The notes beneath the pieces were generated by a model. It made no database searches, was not told where the DNA came from, and saw only the letters and a list, made by a program, of their open reading frames with translations. Below are positions 1 through 10,647 of a DNA stretch of 64,000 bases, piece by piece. The stretch's first letter is position 1; every line of letters begins with the position of its first letter. The DNA comes from Alphaproteobacteria bacterium (GTDB lineage: Bacteria; Pseudomonadota; Alphaproteobacteria; MPNO01). Location: positions 1,216,001 to 1,280,000 of the forward strand of contig CBDFLJ010000001.1 of NCBI GenBank assembly GCA_965248835.1. The letters run 5' to 3'. The position numbers and the translations under genes are program-made.

Positions 1-270
1 TTCGTAAGCGAACCGGAAGAACGGAAACCCGACGATATGGTCGACATGGGTGTGCGACAGGAACAAATCGACCTCGCGGTCGCCCTGGCCGCACAGCGCC
101 TCGCCAAGCTCGCGGATGCCGGTGCCGGCGTCGAACACCAAGCTGCGGCCGCCGCAGCGCACCTCCACGCAAGAGGTGTTGCCGCCGTATTTTACGGTGT
201 CCGGCCCGGGCGCGGCGATGCTGCCCCTGACGCCCCAGAAACGGACTGTTGGCTCGGCACTGTCGGCCAC
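1..270 (-). CDS. MBL-fold metallo-hydrolase (partial, runs off window start)
   Basis: Not in ORF track; manual minus-strand translation from GTG at 270 (SD AGGAG): VRFWGVRGSIAAPG...YGGNTSCVEV...FDAGTGIR...LSHTHVDHIVGFPFF with HxHxDH metal motif. Confidence 0.88.
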   Translation of the reverse strand, partial: MADSAEPTVRFWGVRGSIAAPGPDTVKYGGNTSCVEVRCGGRSLVFDAGTGIRELGEALCGQGDREVDLFLSHTHVDHIVGFPFFRFAYE

Positions 271-378
271 GCGGTCTCCTGTTCCGGTTGATTATGGGCA
301 TCGCCGGGCGGCAACGGTAGTCTGGATCGCGATCGAGGCCAAGAAAATGCCGCATCGGCGGCGCTACGGAGGTGTGCG

Positions 379-1137
379 ATGGATCTGGAGCTTTCGGGCA
401 AAATTGCCTGGATTGTCGGCGCGACTGGCGCGATCGGCCAGGTGATCGCGGCGGGGTTCGCGGCGGAGGGCGCGCGCCTCGCCTTGACTTCGCGCCGGGG
501 CCGCGCGGTCGCCGAGGCCGCGGCGGCGCTTCGCGCGAAGGGAGCGGAGGTGCTCGAGGCCCCGGCCGACGCCAGCGACGCGGCGCAGACGCGCGAAGCG
601 GCCGGCCGCATCGCCGAGACCTACGGCCGGCTCGACGTGCTGGTCACCTCGGTCACGGTGCCGGCGTTCGGCCCGTTCCTGGAGATCACCGCTTCGGTCT
701 TCCAGGACGCAATGGCGGCCAAGCTGCTCGGATCGGTCAACTGCATGCAGGCGGCGATCCCGCCGATGCGCGCGGCCGGGGGCGGCAGCATCGTCTGCGT
801 AACCGGCACCGGGGGCAAGATGCCGATCGCCATCCATCTGCCGGGCGGCAGCGTCAACGCCGCGCTCAACCTGGTCATCCGCGGGCTGGCGACCGAGTTC
901 GGCCCGGACGGCATCCGCGTCAATGCGGTCTCGCCCGGCCCGGTGCGCTCGCCGCGCCAGGACGTCATGCAGGCCGCCGGCGCGGCGAAGGACAGCCCGG
1001 CCGCCAGGATCCCGCTCAGGCGGTTCGGCGAGATCGACGAGGTGGCCGATTCGGTGCTGTTCCTGGCCTCGGCCCGGGCGCGCTACATCACCGGCAACAT
1101 TCTCCAGGTCGACGGCGGAGGGGTGCTCACGCTCTGA
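379..1137 (+). CDS. SDR family oxidoreductase
   Basis: GATGAIG Rossmann motif, IRVNAVSPGPV, YITGNILQVDGG; no canonical YxxxK seen, so atypical SDR. Confidence 0.85.
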   Translation: MDLELSGKIAWIVGATGAIGQVIAAGFAAEGARLALTSRRGRAVAEAAAALRAKGAEVLEAPADASDAAQTREAAGRIAETYGRLDVLVTSVTVPAFGPFLEITASVFQDAMAAKLLGSVNCMQAAIPPMRAAGGGSIVCVTGTGGKMPIAIHLPGGSVNAALNLVIRGLATEFGPDGIRVNAVSPGPVRSPRQDVMQAAGAAKDSPAARIPLRRFGEIDEVADSVLFLASARARYITGNILQVDGGGVLTL

Positions 1138-1156
1138 GCCGCCCCGGCGCGGCGGC

Positions 1157-1849
1157 TCACGGCACCAGGCGGTAGCCGCCGGCCTCGGTCAACAGGATCT
1201 CGGCGTTCGACGGGTCGCGCTCGATCTTCTGGCGCAGCCGGTAGACATGGGTCTCCAGCGTGTGGGTGGTCACGCCGGAGTTGTAGCCCCAGACCTCGTT
1301 CAGCAGCACGTCGCGGCCGATCGCCGCCTGGCCGGCGCGGAACAGGAACTTGAGGACCGCGGCTTCCTTCTCGGTCAGCCGGATCTTGCGGTCGGTCTCG
1401 CTATCGATCAGCAGCTTCGCGCCCGGGCGGAACGAATAGGGCCCGATCGCGAAGACCGCATCCTCGCTGCGCTCGTGCTGGCGGAACTGGGCGCGGATCC
1501 GGGCCAGCAGCACGCCGAGCCGGAACGGCTTGACCACGTAGTCGTTGGCGCCCGAATCGAGGCCCAGGATGGTATCGGCCTCGCTGCCGGCGCCGGTCAG
1601 CATGATGATCGGCGCGCGCACGCCGGCCCGGCGCAGCAGCCGGCAGACCTCCCGGCCGTCGATGTCGGGCAGCCCGACATCGAGGATGATCAGGTCGAAA
1701 TGGTCCGACTTGCCGATTTCCAGCGCACCGGCACCGCTTTCGGCGGTCGTGGTCTCGAACTCCTCGTGGAGCCGGAGCTGGTCGCTCAGGGACTGGCGCA
1801 GGGCGTCGTCGTCGTCGACAAGGAGGATCTTCTTCCCGAGCGTCGCCAT
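1157..1849 (-). CDS. cenR: OmpR-family response regulator CenR (cell-envelope regulator)
   Basis: KKILLVDDDD, DLIILDVGLPD, RQHERSEDAVF, KIRLTEKE, VWGYNSGVTTHTLETHVYRLRQKIE match alphaproteobacterial CenR/OtpR as I recall it; next to L,D-transpeptidase and yggS. Confidence 0.85.
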   Translation of the reverse strand: MATLGKKILLVDDDDALRQSLSDQLRLHEEFETTTAESGAGALEIGKSDHFDLIILDVGLPDIDGREVCRLLRRAGVRAPIIMLTGAGSEADTILGLDSGANDYVVKPFRLGVLLARIRAQFRQHERSEDAVFAIGPYSFRPGAKLLIDSETDRKIRLTEKEAAVLKFLFRAGQAAIGRDVLLNEVWGYNSGVTTHTLETHVYRLRQKIERDPSNAEILLTEAGGYRLVP

Positions 1850-2004
1850 GTTCGCGGCCGCCTTTCGTGGGTTCGCGCTGTCGACGCGGCGGTTGCACCG
1901 CGACAGTCAACCGCTCCGCCGGCGCGCGCGAGCGTACCCCAGCGCGGTGGCGATGTCACACCGGCCGGGCTGTCGCCGGCGGGCAGCCGGCGTTATAAGC
2001 CGCC

Positions 2005-2520
2005 ATGGAACTAGTGGTCCGGGCCGACCGGCGGGCGTGCTGGGGCGGGCTCGAATTGGCGTGTGCGATCGGGCGCAACGGCATCGGCGAGGCCAAGCGC
2101 GAGGGCGACGGCCTGACGCCCGCGGGCAGCTATGCGCTGCGGCGCGTGCTCTACCGCCCCGACCGGACGGATCGGCCGGCAACGGTGCTGCCGTGCGATC
2201 CGATCGCGCCGGCCGACGGCTGGTGCGACGCCCCGGGCGATCCGCGCTACAACCGGGCGGTTACGCTGCCCTATGCCGCTTCGGCCGAAAGTCTGTGGCG
2301 GCAGGATCGCCGCTATGACCTGCTCGCGGTCATCGGCCACAACGACGACCCGGTGGTCGACTTCATGGGCAGCGCGATCTTCCTGCACGCGGCGGGCGCG
2401 GATTACCCGCCGACCGAGGGCTGCGTGGCCTTGTCGATCGAAGACCTCGCAACGGTGCTCGGCCAGTGGCGGCCCGAAGACCGGATCGTCATCGTCCCGT
2501 TCCGGCGCCTTGCCGGCTGA
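2005..2520 (+). CDS. L,D-transpeptidase (YkuD-like) family protein
   Basis: KREGDGLTP, GWCDAP, GSAIFLH...PTEGCVAL catalytic His/Cys motif. Confidence 0.85.
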   Translation: MELVVRADRRACWGGLELACAIGRNGIGEAKREGDGLTPAGSYALRRVLYRPDRTDRPATVLPCDPIAPADGWCDAPGDPRYNRAVTLPYAASAESLWRQDRRYDLLAVIGHNDDPVVDFMGSAIFLHAAGADYPPTEGCVALSIEDLATVLGQWRPEDRIVIVPFRRLAG

Positions 2521-2554
2521 AGCCGGGCCGGCCGGCGCCGCCGCCCGGCGCCGC

Positions 2555-3244
2555 TCAACCCGATGATGCCCGAGGACCGAAGATCGCGGTGCCGAGGCGG
2601 ATGAGGGTCGCGCCCAACCCGATCGCGGTCTCGAAGTCGGCCGACATCCCCATGCTGAGCGTCTCCAGGCCGTTGCGCCGGGCGATCTCGGCGAGCAGCG
2701 CGAAATGCAGCGCCGGCTCGTCATCGACCGGCGGCACGCACATCAAGCCGCCGATCGGCAGGGCGTATTCCCGCCGGCAGGCATCGATGAACCGGTCCGC
2801 CTCGCCCGGGTCGACGCCCGCCTTCTGCGGCTCGGCGCCGGTATTGACCTGGACGAGGCAGGGCGGCCGCCGCCCGGTCCGGTCCATCTCGCGGGCCAGC
2901 GCGGCGGCGAGCTTCGGCCGGTCGACCGTCTCGATGACATCGAACAGGGCGAGGGCCTGGCGCACTTTGTTGGTCTGCAGCGTGCCGATCAGGTGCAGGG
3001 CCAGGCCGGGCGTCCGCTCACGCAGTGCCGGCCACTTCGCCTGGGCCTCCTGAACCCGGTTTTCGCCGAACAGAAGTTGGCCGGCGACGATCGCCGCCGC
3101 CGGCGCCGCGGCCGGGTGGGCCTTGGAGACCGCGACCAGCGCGACCGATCCCGGCGCGCGGCCGGCTTCCCGGGCGCGGCCATCGATGCGCGCGCGAAGG
3201 GCGGCCAGGTTGGCCGCGATGCCGGCCGGATCCACTTCGGTCAT
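2555..3244 (-). CDS. yggS: YggS/PROSC PLP homeostasis protein
   Basis: LVAVSK, FGENRVQE, LHLIGTLQTNK, LSMGMSADF, RLGTAIFG; start trimmed to ATG 3244 (SD GGAG). Confidence 0.92.
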   Translation of the reverse strand: MTEVDPAGIAANLAALRARIDGRAREAGRAPGSVALVAVSKAHPAAAPAAAIVAGQLLFGENRVQEAQAKWPALRERTPGLALHLIGTLQTNKVRQALALFDVIETVDRPKLAAALAREMDRTGRRPPCLVQVNTGAEPQKAGVDPGEADRFIDACRREYALPIGGLMCVPPVDDEPALHFALLAEIARRNGLETLSMGMSADFETAIGLGATLIRLGTAIFGPRASSG

Positions 3245-3475
3245 CACGAGTCTCCGCAAGCCGGGAGATATAGCACGGATTGCGCATTGTCCGCCTCTGC
3301 GGCGGCGCACGACGTGCCGGCGACACCCCTGCCGCAAGGCCCGCGTCTCCTTATCCGTCCGAACCATCTTTGTCTGAACGAGTTCAATCCGTTGTGCGGA
3401 AACAACCTGCTATCTATAATCCGGCGCCCGGCGCACTCCGTCCCGGTTCGCGGGCTTCAATCGCAGGAGCAGGCA

Positions 3476-4042
3476 ATGGCGTGGTCGCACTTCGGCAATT
3501 CCGGGCCGGTCCTCGGCGGCCTCGTGGCGCTCGCCATTCTCGCCGGCTGCGACGGCCGCGGCTTCGAGCAGGACTACGTCGTACCGGGGAAAAGCAGCCG
3601 CGACGCGCCGCGCTACTCCAGCGAGAAGCAGGAGGATTCGGTCTTCGGCGAGGGCGGCTTCAATTTCCTCAACGCCTTCTCCGGCGACAGGGCGTCGCCC
3701 GGCACCGGCGCGGGGATCGGCGTCAACAGCTTCCTGTGGCGCGCATCGCTGGATACGATCTCCTTCATGCCGCTGAGCTCGGCCGATCCGTTCGGCGGGG
3801 TGATCATCACCGACTGGTACGCGCCGCCCGAAACGCCGGCCGAGCGGTTCAAGATGAGCGTTTATATCCTCGGCCGCGAGCTCCGCGCCGACGGCATCCG
3901 GGTGGCCGTCTTCCGCCAGGCGAAAGACGGCGCCGGCCAATGGGTCGATGCCAAGATCGGGGCCGACACCCCGGTCAATCTCGAGAACCAGATCCTGACC
4001 CGCGCGCGTCAGCTCCGGGTCGCTTCCGCGACCGCAAGGTAA
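3476..4042 (+). CDS. DUF3576-like lipoprotein
   Basis: Lipobox LAGC; [34 protein letters not shown] conserved block; typical position upstream of leuS. Confidence 0.82.
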   Translation: MAWSHFGNSGPVLGGLVALAILAGCDGRGFEQDYVVPGKSSRDAPRYSSEKQEDSVFGEGGFNFLNAFSGDRASPGTGAGIGVNSFLWRASLDTISFMPLSSADPFGGVIITDWYAPPETPAERFKMSVYILGRELRADGIRVAVFRQAKDGAGQWVDAKIGADTPVNLENQILTRARQLRVASATAR

Positions 4043-4089
4043 GCCGCGCAGGGCGTCGCGGCACGGCGGCGCCCCTGACAGGAGCCTCC

Positions 4090-6675
4090 ATGGCCGGCAC
4101 GCCGTCCAAGCGTTACAACGCCAAGGAAAACGAGGCCCGGTGGCAGGCCGTGTGGGACGAACGGGCGAGCTTTGCCGTCGTCGCCGATCCGGCCAAGCCC
4201 AAATACTACGTCCTGGAGATGTTCCCCTACCCCTCGGGGCGGATTCACATGGGGCATGTCCGCAACTATACGATGGGCGACGTGGTCGCGCGCTACAAAC
4301 GCGCGCGGGGCTACAACGTGCTCCATCCGATGGGCTGGGACGCCTTCGGCATGCCGGCGGAGAACGCCGCGATGGAGCAGAAGGTCCACCCGGCACAGTG
4401 GACCCGCGAGAACATCGCCACCATGCGCGCCCAGCTCAAGCTGATGGGGCTGTCGATCGACTGGAGCCGCGAGATCGCGACCTGCGATGCGGCGTACTAC
4501 CGCCACCAGCAGCATATGTTCCTCGACTTCTTCGAGTCGGGCCTGCTCTACCGGCGCAGCGGCTGGGTGAACTGGGATCCGGTCGACCAGACGGTGCTGG
4601 CCAACGAGCAGGTGATCGAAGGGCGGGGCTGGCGGTCCGGCGCACCGGTCGAGAAGCGCGAGATGCCGCAATGGTTCCTGCGGATCACCGACTTCGCCGA
4701 GCCGCTGCTGTCCGCGCTGGACGGGCTCGGGCGCTGGCCGGAGAAGGTCCGGCTGATGCAGGAGAACTGGATCGGCCGGTCGGTCGGGCTCAGGATGACG
4801 TTTGAGATCGCCGGGCGCAGCGAAGGTCTGGAGATCTACACCACGCGCCACGATACGATCTTCGGCGCGAGCTTCTGCGCGGTATCGCCGGAACACGCAC
4901 TCGCCGCGGCACTCGCTGCCGACAGCCCGGAGATCGCCGCGTTCATCGAGGACTGCCGGCGCACCGGCACGTCGGAGGCGGCGCTGGAGAAGGCGGAGAA
5001 GCGCGGCGTGGACACCGGCCTGCGCGCGCGCCACCCGTTCCGGCCCGACGTGCTGCTGCCGATCTTCGTCGCCAATTTCGTGCTGATGGAGTACGGCACC
5101 GGAGCGATTTTCGGCTGCCCGGCGCACGACCAGCGCGACCTCGAATTCGCCCGCAAATACGCGCTGCCGGTCCTGCCGGTGGTCGTCCCGGAGGATGCCG
5201 ATCCGGCCGCCTTTGCGGTGGGCGGGGAAGCCTATACCGGCGACGGCAGGCTTGCGAACTCCGCCTTCATCGACGGGCTGTCCGTCGATGAAGCCAAGGC
5301 CGAGATCGCCCGGCGCATGGAGGCGGCCGGGACCGGCCGGCCGGAGGTGAATTTCCGGCTGCGCGACTGGGGCGTCTCGCGGCAGCGCTATTGGGGCTGT
5401 CCGATTCCGATCATCCACTGCCCGACGTGCGGGATGGTGCCGGTCGACCGGGCGGACCTGCCGGTGAAGCTGCCGGAGGACGTCGAATTCGACACGCCCG
5501 GCAATCCGCTCGACCGGCACGCGGGATGGCGCGAGGTGCCCTGCCCGTCTTGCGGCGCCGCCGCCGTCCGCGAGACCAGCACGCTCGATACCTTCGTCGA
5601 TTCCTCGTGGTATTTCGCACGGTTCTGCTCGCCCCGAGCGGACCGGCCGGTCGATCCGGACGAGGCGACCTATTGGCTTCCGGTCGACCAGTATATCGGC
5701 GGGGTCGAGCACGCGATCCTGCACCTGCTCTATGCGCGCTTCTTCACTCGGGCGATGGCCGGGCACGGCCATCTGGGGATCGAGGAGCCGTTCCTGGGCC
5801 TGTTCACCCAGGGCATGGTCTGCCACGAGACCTATCGCACCGATGCCGGCGAATGGGTGATGCCGGTCGAGGTCGGGCAGGACCCCGACAGGCGGCCGTA
5901 TCGTCTCGCCACCGGCGAGCCGGTCACCGCCGGTCGGTCGGAGAAGATGAGCAAATCCAGAAAGAACGTGGTCGATCCCGAAGACATCATGGACACCTAC
6001 GGCGCCGATACCGCGCGCTGGTTCATGCTGTCCGACAGCCCGCCCGACCGCGACCTCGAATGGACAGAGGCCGGCATCGCCGGCGCCTGGCGGTTCGTCA
6101 ACCGCCTGTGGCGGCTGGTCACCGACCCGGACCGGGCGCTCGGCCCGGCCGGCGCGGCCATGCCGGGCGGCGGCGGCGGCCGGCCGGATCTGCTGGCGAT
6201 CCGGCGCGGTGTCCACAAGGCGATCGACCAGGTCACCGGCGATCTCGAGACCTTCCGGTTCAACCGGTCGGTCGCGCGGATCCACGAACTGGTCAATCTC
6301 CTGGCCGAGTTCGATGCCGCCGACGAGGAAGCCGCCTGGGTCCGGCGCGAGGCCTATGAGGCGATCATCCGGCTCGCCGGGCCGATGATGCCCCACCTCG
6401 CAGAGGCCTTGTGGGAACATATCGGATTCGAAACGTTATTGGCGGATGCGGCCTGGCCGGTGGCCGATCCCGCGCTGGTGGTCGACGACATCGTTACCAT
6501 GGCGGTACAAGTCAAGGGCAAGACGCGCGGAACCGTCGAGTTGCCGCGGAACGCGCCGCAGGGCGATGCCGAGGCCGCCGCGCTCGCGCTGCCGACGGTG
6601 GTCGCCGCGATCGGCGGCCGGCCGATTCGAAAGATCGTCTTCGTGCCCAACAGGATCGTCAATGTCGTGGCCTGA
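4090..6675 (+). CDS. leuS: Leucine--tRNA ligase
   Basis: [17 protein letters not shown] (HIGH-like), [16 protein letters not shown]; ATG 4090 with SD AGGAG. Confidence 0.98.
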   Translation: MAGTPSKRYNAKENEARWQAVWDERASFAVVADPAKPKYYVLEMFPYPSGRIHMGHVRNYTMGDVVARYKRARGYNVLHPMGWDAFGMPAENAAMEQKVHPAQWTRENIATMRAQLKLMGLSIDWSREIATCDAAYYRHQQHMFLDFFESGLLYRRSGWVNWDPVDQTVLANEQVIEGRGWRSGAPVEKREMPQWFLRITDFAEPLLSALDGLGRWPEKVRLMQENWIGRSVGLRMTFEIAGRSEGLEIYTTRHDTIFGASFCAVSPEHALAAALAADSPEIAAFIEDCRRTGTSEAALEKAEKRGVDTGLRARHPFRPDVLLPIFVANFVLMEYGTGAIFGCPAHDQRDLEFARKYALPVLPVVVPEDADPAAFAVGGEAYTGDGRLANSAFIDGLSVDEAKAEIARRMEAAGTGRPEVNFRLRDWGVSRQRYWGCPIPIIHCPTCGMVPVDRADLPVKLPEDVEFDTPGNPLDRHAGWREVPCPSCGAAAVRETSTLDTFVDSSWYFARFCSPRADRPVDPDEATYWLPVDQYIGGVEHAILHLLYARFFTRAMAGHGHLGIEEPFLGLFTQGMVCHETYRTDAGEWVMPVEVGQDPDRRPYRLATGEPVTAGRSEKMSKSRKNVVDPEDIMDTYGADTARWFMLSDSPPDRDLEWTEAGIAGAWRFVNRLWRLVTDPDRALGPAGAAMPGGGGGRPDLLAIRRGVHKAIDQVTGDLETFRFNRSVARIHELVNLLAEFDAADEEAAWVRREAYEAIIRLAGPMMPHLAEALWEHIGFETLLADAAWPVADPALVVDDIVTMAVQVKGKTRGTVELPRNAPQGDAEAAALALPTVVAAIGGRPIRKIVFVPNRIVNVVA

Positions 6676-7183
6676 CCCGACCGGACGCCGCCGCATCGCG
6701 CGGCCCTGGGCCGCGGTCGCGCTGGCCTTGACCGCAGCCGGCTGCGGCTTCTCGCCGCTTTACGGCGAGCGGGGGGCGGTCGCGGACGCGCTCGCCCAGG
6801 TGCGCATCGCGCAGATCGCCGACCGGACCGGCCAGCAACTCCGCAACCATCTGCTGCTGCGCCTCAGCCCGCGCGGCCAGCCCAACAACCCAGCCTATGT
6901 CCTCAAGGTCAGGCTGGTCGAGACCGGGCGCGCGCTCGGCGTCCGGCGCGACGATGTCGCGACCCGGGCGAACCTCGAGATCGACGCGGCCTACGTGCTG
7001 GAACGCGCCGGCGACGGCAAGGCCCTGATCAGCAGCAGCGTCTCCTCGACCACCAGCTACAACATCCTGGACTCCGAGTTCGGGACGCTGAAGGCGGAGG
7101 CCAATGCCCGCGCACGTGCGGTGCACGACCTGTCCGACGCGCTGACCACGCGGCTTGCGGTCTATTTGCGCGGCACGCGATGA
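6662..7183 (+). CDS. lptE: LPS assembly lipoprotein LptE
   Basis: [11 protein letters not shown] lipobox; conserved leuS-lptE-holA order. Confidence 0.85.
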   Translation: MSWPDPTGRRRIARPWAAVALALTAAGCGFSPLYGERGAVADALAQVRIAQIADRTGQQLRNHLLLRLSPRGQPNNPAYVLKVRLVETGRALGVRRDDVATRANLEIDAAYVLERAGDGKALISSSVSSTTSYNILDSEFGTLKAEANARARAVHDLSDALTTRLAVYLRGTR

Positions 7184-8259
7184 AGATCGCGCCGGCGGCC
7201 GCGGACCGGTTCGTCGCCAGCCCGCCGCAAGACCTGCGCGCATGCCTGTTCTACGGTCCGGACGGCGGCCTGGTTCGCGAGCGGGCAACGGCGCTCGCCC
7301 GTCAGCGCGTCGAGGATTTGAGCGATCCCTTCAGGGTCTCCGCGCTCGCCGGAACCGCGATCGCCGAGGCGCCGGGCTGGCTGGCCGACGAGGCGGCGAT
7401 GCTCTCGCTCACCGGCGAGACCCGGGTGGTGCGGGCCGATGGCGTGGGCGAGTCAGCGCATGCGGCAGTCGAGATCCTGTTCTCGCGCCCCGAGGCGAGC
7501 ACGCTCGTGGTGTTGGAGGCCGGCGAGCTTCCGCCGCGCTCGAAGCTGCGCAAGCTCTTCGAGGACGCGCCCGATGCTGCGGCGATCGCGTGCTACGCCG
7601 ATGACGCCGCAACGCTGGAGGCGGTGATCCGCGCGACGATGGACGAGGCGGGGCTGGCGATCTCCGCCGATGCGACGGCCTTCCTGTGCGAGCGTCTCGG
7701 CGCCGACCGCAAGCTGACGCGCTCGGAGCTCGAAAAGCTGGTGCTCTACGCCCAGGACGCCGGCAGGGTGACGCTGGAGGATGCGGCGCTGTGCTGCGGC
7801 GACAACGCGATCCTCACGCTCGACGATCTGTGCGACGCCGCAGCGACCGGCGACCTTGCTTCGGTGGCCGCCGGGCTCGACCGCCTGTTGGAGGAGGGCG
7901 TCAACCCGGTCACCATCCTGCGCGCGGCCCAGCGCCATTTGCAGCGCATCCAGGTCACGGCCGCGCGCGCGGCCGCCGGCACCTCGGCAGATCAGGCGAT
8001 GAAGGCGCTGCGCCCAGCGGTGTTTTTCAAGCGCGCCCCTTCGTTCCGGCAGGCCCTGCTTCTGTGGACGCCGGGCCGGGCCGGCAGCGCGCTCGGCCAC
8101 CTGTGCGAGGCCGAGGCGACCTGTAAGTCGGGCACGGCCCCGCCCGACCCGGTGTGCGCCAATGCCTTGATGTCCGTCGCCAGGGCCGCGGCCGATGCGC
8201 AGCGCCGGCCCGCGGGAAACCGGCCGGCAACGGCCTTGAACATTGCGTCAGGAACGTGA
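7180..8259 (+). CDS. holA: DNA polymerase III subunit delta
   Basis: LFYGPDGGLVRER, SKLRKLFE, IACYAD, RSELEKLVLY, PAVFFKR; synteny. Confidence 0.92.
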   Translation: MKIAPAAADRFVASPPQDLRACLFYGPDGGLVRERATALARQRVEDLSDPFRVSALAGTAIAEAPGWLADEAAMLSLTGETRVVRADGVGESAHAAVEILFSRPEASTLVVLEAGELPPRSKLRKLFEDAPDAAAIACYADDAATLEAVIRATMDEAGLAISADATAFLCERLGADRKLTRSELEKLVLYAQDAGRVTLEDAALCCGDNAILTLDDLCDAAATGDLASVAAGLDRLLEEGVNPVTILRAAQRHLQRIQVTAARAAAGTSADQAMKALRPAVFFKRAPSFRQALLLWTPGRAGSALGHLCEAEATCKSGTAPPDPVCANALMSVARAAADAQRRPAGNRPATALNIASGT

Positions 8260-9141
8260 GGGCGGGCGAATCGAGCCCAGGTGCTGCAGCACGTAATCGA
8301 GCTGATCCTGTGTCTTGTATTGGATCACCAGCGCGCCGCCGTTGCCGCTTGGGTTGATCGCGACCTTCAGCCCCAGCGTCTGCGACAGGTCGTGCTCCAA
8401 CGCCGTGATTTCGGGATCGCGCGCCGGTGCCCGGCGACTCTCGCCGGCCGCGCCCGCGCGCGCCCTCTGGACCAGCCTCTCGGTCTGGCGGACGTTGAGC
8501 CCGCGGCGCACGACCCGCTTGGCAAGCGTTTCGGGGTTCTCGGCGTTGAGCAGCGCGCGGGCGTGGCCGGCGCTGAGCGCACCCTTGGCCAGCAGCGCCC
8601 GCACCCCGTCGGGAAGCTGCAGCAGGCGCAGGGTGTTGGCGACATGGCTGCGGCTCTTGCCGACGACCCGGGCGAGCGCCTCCTGGGTGTGGGCGAACTC
8701 GTCCATCAGCCGACGGTAGCCCTGCGCCTCCTCGAGCGGCGCAAGGTCCTGGCGCTGGACGTTCTCGATCAGGGCGACCTCGAGCGCCGCCTCGTCGCTC
8801 AGGTCCCGGACAATGATCGGGACTTCGTGGAGCTGGGCGCGCTGTGCCGCACGCCAGCGACGCTCGCCGGCGACGATCTCGTAGCGGCCGGCATCAGTTG
8901 GAGCGCGCCGGACGATCAGCGGCTGCAGGATGCCGCGGACGCGCACCGATTCGACCAGGCCCGCCATGGTCTCCTCGTCGAACGCGCGCCGCGGCTGGTA
9001 GGGGCTCGGCTTGAGGAACTCGATCGGCACGAGCCTCGGGCGGTCCCCGCCGGCAGGCGATTGCGCCGCCCCCGGCTCCTCGCCGAACAGCGCCGACAGG
9101 CCGCGCCCGAGCTGGCGGCCGCGCCCGTCTTCCCCGCTCAT
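8248..9141 (-). CDS. parB: Chromosome partitioning protein ParB
   Basis: [56 protein letters not shown]; ATG 9141 overlaps parA stop. Confidence 0.96.
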   Translation of the reverse strand: MSGEDGRGRQLGRGLSALFGEEPGAAQSPAGGDRPRLVPIEFLKPSPYQPRRAFDEETMAGLVESVRVRGILQPLIVRRAPTDAGRYEIVAGERRWRAAQRAQLHEVPIIVRDLSDEAALEVALIENVQRQDLAPLEEAQGYRRLMDEFAHTQEALARVVGKSRSHVANTLRLLQLPDGVRALLAKGALSAGHARALLNAENPETLAKRVVRRGLNVRQTERLVQRARAGAAGESRRAPARDPEITALEHDLSQTLGLKVAINPSGNGGALVIQYKTQDQLDYVLQHLGSIRPPSRS

Positions 9142-9971
9142 GCGTCGAGGCCCTGCTCGCGCCGCAGGATCTCGCCGGCGAGATGCATATAGGCCTGCGC
9201 GCCCGAGCAACGGTGGTCGTAGAGCAGCACCGGCATGCCGTGCGAGGGCGCCTCGGAAACCCTGACGTTGCGCGGGATGACGGTGCTGTAGACCTTGTCG
9301 CCGAAAAAGCTCCGCACGTCCTCGGCAACAAGGGTGCTGAGCCTGTTGCGCACATCGAACATCGTCAGCACGATCCCCTGGATCTGCAATCCTGGGTTGA
9401 AATTCGTCTGCACCCGCTCGACCGTTCGGATGAGCTGCCTCAGGCCTTCGAGTGCGAAGAACTCGCATTGCAACGGCACCAGGATCCGGGTCGCCGCGGT
9501 CATGGCGTTGAGCGTCAGCAGGCCGAGCGCCGGCGGGCAGTCGATCAGGATATAGTCGTAGTCCGCGGAAACCGGCCGCAGCATCGTGTGCAATCGGAAC
9601 TCCCGCCGCTCGGTCTCGATCAACTCGACCTCGGCACCCGACAGGTCGATGGTCGAAGGCACGATCGACAGGCCGGGGATTCCGGTCTGCTGGCTGACCG
9701 CGGCGACCTGGGCGCCGTTGATCAAGACGTCGTAGGCGCCGATCCGCCGCTGCGACGGCGCGATTCCGAGCCCGGTCGAGGCGTTGCCCTGGGGATCGAG
9801 ATCGAAGACCAGGACCTGCTTGTTCACCGCGGCCAGAGCGGTCGCGAGATTGATCGCCGTGGTGGTCTTGCCGACGCCGCCCTTCTGGTTGGCGACGGCG
9901 ATGATCTGCGGCCCCGCCGGACCGGCCGCCGGGGTGGCGTGCGGCGGCGCGCTCTCCGAGGGTTGCTGCAT
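9138..9971 (-). CDS. parA: Chromosome partitioning ATPase ParA
   Basis: NQKGGVGKTTT deviant Walker A, DLDPQGNA, IDCPP, PLQCEFFALEG, IPRNVRVSEAPS. Confidence 0.97.
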   Translation of the reverse strand: MQQPSESAPPHATPAAGPAGPQIIAVANQKGGVGKTTTAINLATALAAVNKQVLVFDLDPQGNASTGLGIAPSQRRIGAYDVLINGAQVAAVSQQTGIPGLSIVPSTIDLSGAEVELIETERREFRLHTMLRPVSADYDYILIDCPPALGLLTLNAMTAATRILVPLQCEFFALEGLRQLIRTVERVQTNFNPGLQIQGIVLTMFDVRNRLSTLVAEDVRSFFGDKVYSTVIPRNVRVSEAPSHGMPVLLYDHRCSGAQAYMHLAGEILRREQGLDA

Positions 9972-9993
9972 GCGATCACCGTTGGTTGGCGGG

Positions 9994-10647
9994 TCACTGC
10001 GCCCTCTTGATATCGGAAAGGATCAAGATTCGTGCGGTCGACTCGGTCACACTGGGCGCGTGGTGCCCCGACATATGCCACGAATCCGCCGAATCCGTCA
10101 ATTCCCGCCGCCAGCGTGCACCTTTTTGGAAGATACAGAGCGGCGCGCGGTCCGGCGCCGCGGCAAGGAACGGCGCGGCGTAGTCCAGCAGGCGCGCCAG
10201 CGGCGCCAGCGCCCGCGCCGTCAGCACATCGGTCGGCCACGGCGCAAGGTCCTCGATGCGCCCGCGATGGACCGCCACCGGCGCGTCGGTCAGGCGGGCT
10301 GCCTCGGCGAGGAAGGCCGCCTTGGCGGCATCGGATTCGATCAGGTCGGTCTCCAGCCCGGTCATGATCGCCAGCACCAGGCCCGGCAGGCCGGCGCCGC
10401 TGCCGAGATCGGTGAGGCGCCGGGCGCCGGGCGGGATGTGCGCCGCGATCTGTCCGCAATCGAGGATATGGCGGCGCCACACATCGCCCACGGTGCCGGC
10501 GCCGATCAGGTTCCGGCGCCGCTGCCAATGAAGCAGCACCGCGACATAGGCCTCCAGCCGGTCGCGTGTTTCACGTGAAACCGCGAGGGCGGCGGCGCAG
10601 GCGGCCGCGGACAGCGGCTCCTTATGCTGTTTCCCGCGCGGGCTCAC
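9994..10647 (-). CDS. rsmG: 16S rRNA m7G527 methyltransferase RsmG (GidB)
   Basis: [35 protein letters not shown]; start codon uncertain (GTG 10647 chosen). Confidence 0.92.
   Translation of the reverse strand: MSPRGKQHKEPLSAAACAAALAVSRETRDRLEAYVAVLLHWQRRRNLIGAGTVGDVWRRHILDCGQIAAHIPPGARRLTDLGSGAGLPGLVLAIMTGLETDLIESDAAKAAFLAEAARLTDAPVAVHRGRIEDLAPWPTDVLTARALAPLARLLDYAAPFLAAAPDRAPLCIFQKGARWRRELTDSADSWHMSGHHAPSVTESTARILILSDIKRAQ
10567..10582. promoter_or_regulatory. parS site inside rsmG
   Basis: TGTTTCACGTGAAACC, 15/16 match to parS consensus; encodes VSRET on the minus strand. Confidence 0.88.

Noticed and set aside
3280-4089. Apparent 270-aa N-terminal extension of LeuS (likewise for parB, hemH, YyaL, tim44)
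   Set aside because: Longest-ORF artefact overlapping real upstream genes; homology or SD points to internal starts
4009-6420. 803-aa minus-strand ORF and similar long antisense ORFs (13959-15875, 31167-33299, 38601-40547, 59904-62051)
   Set aside because: Shadow frames of real genes in high-GC DNA; Arg/Pro/Gly-rich with no motifs
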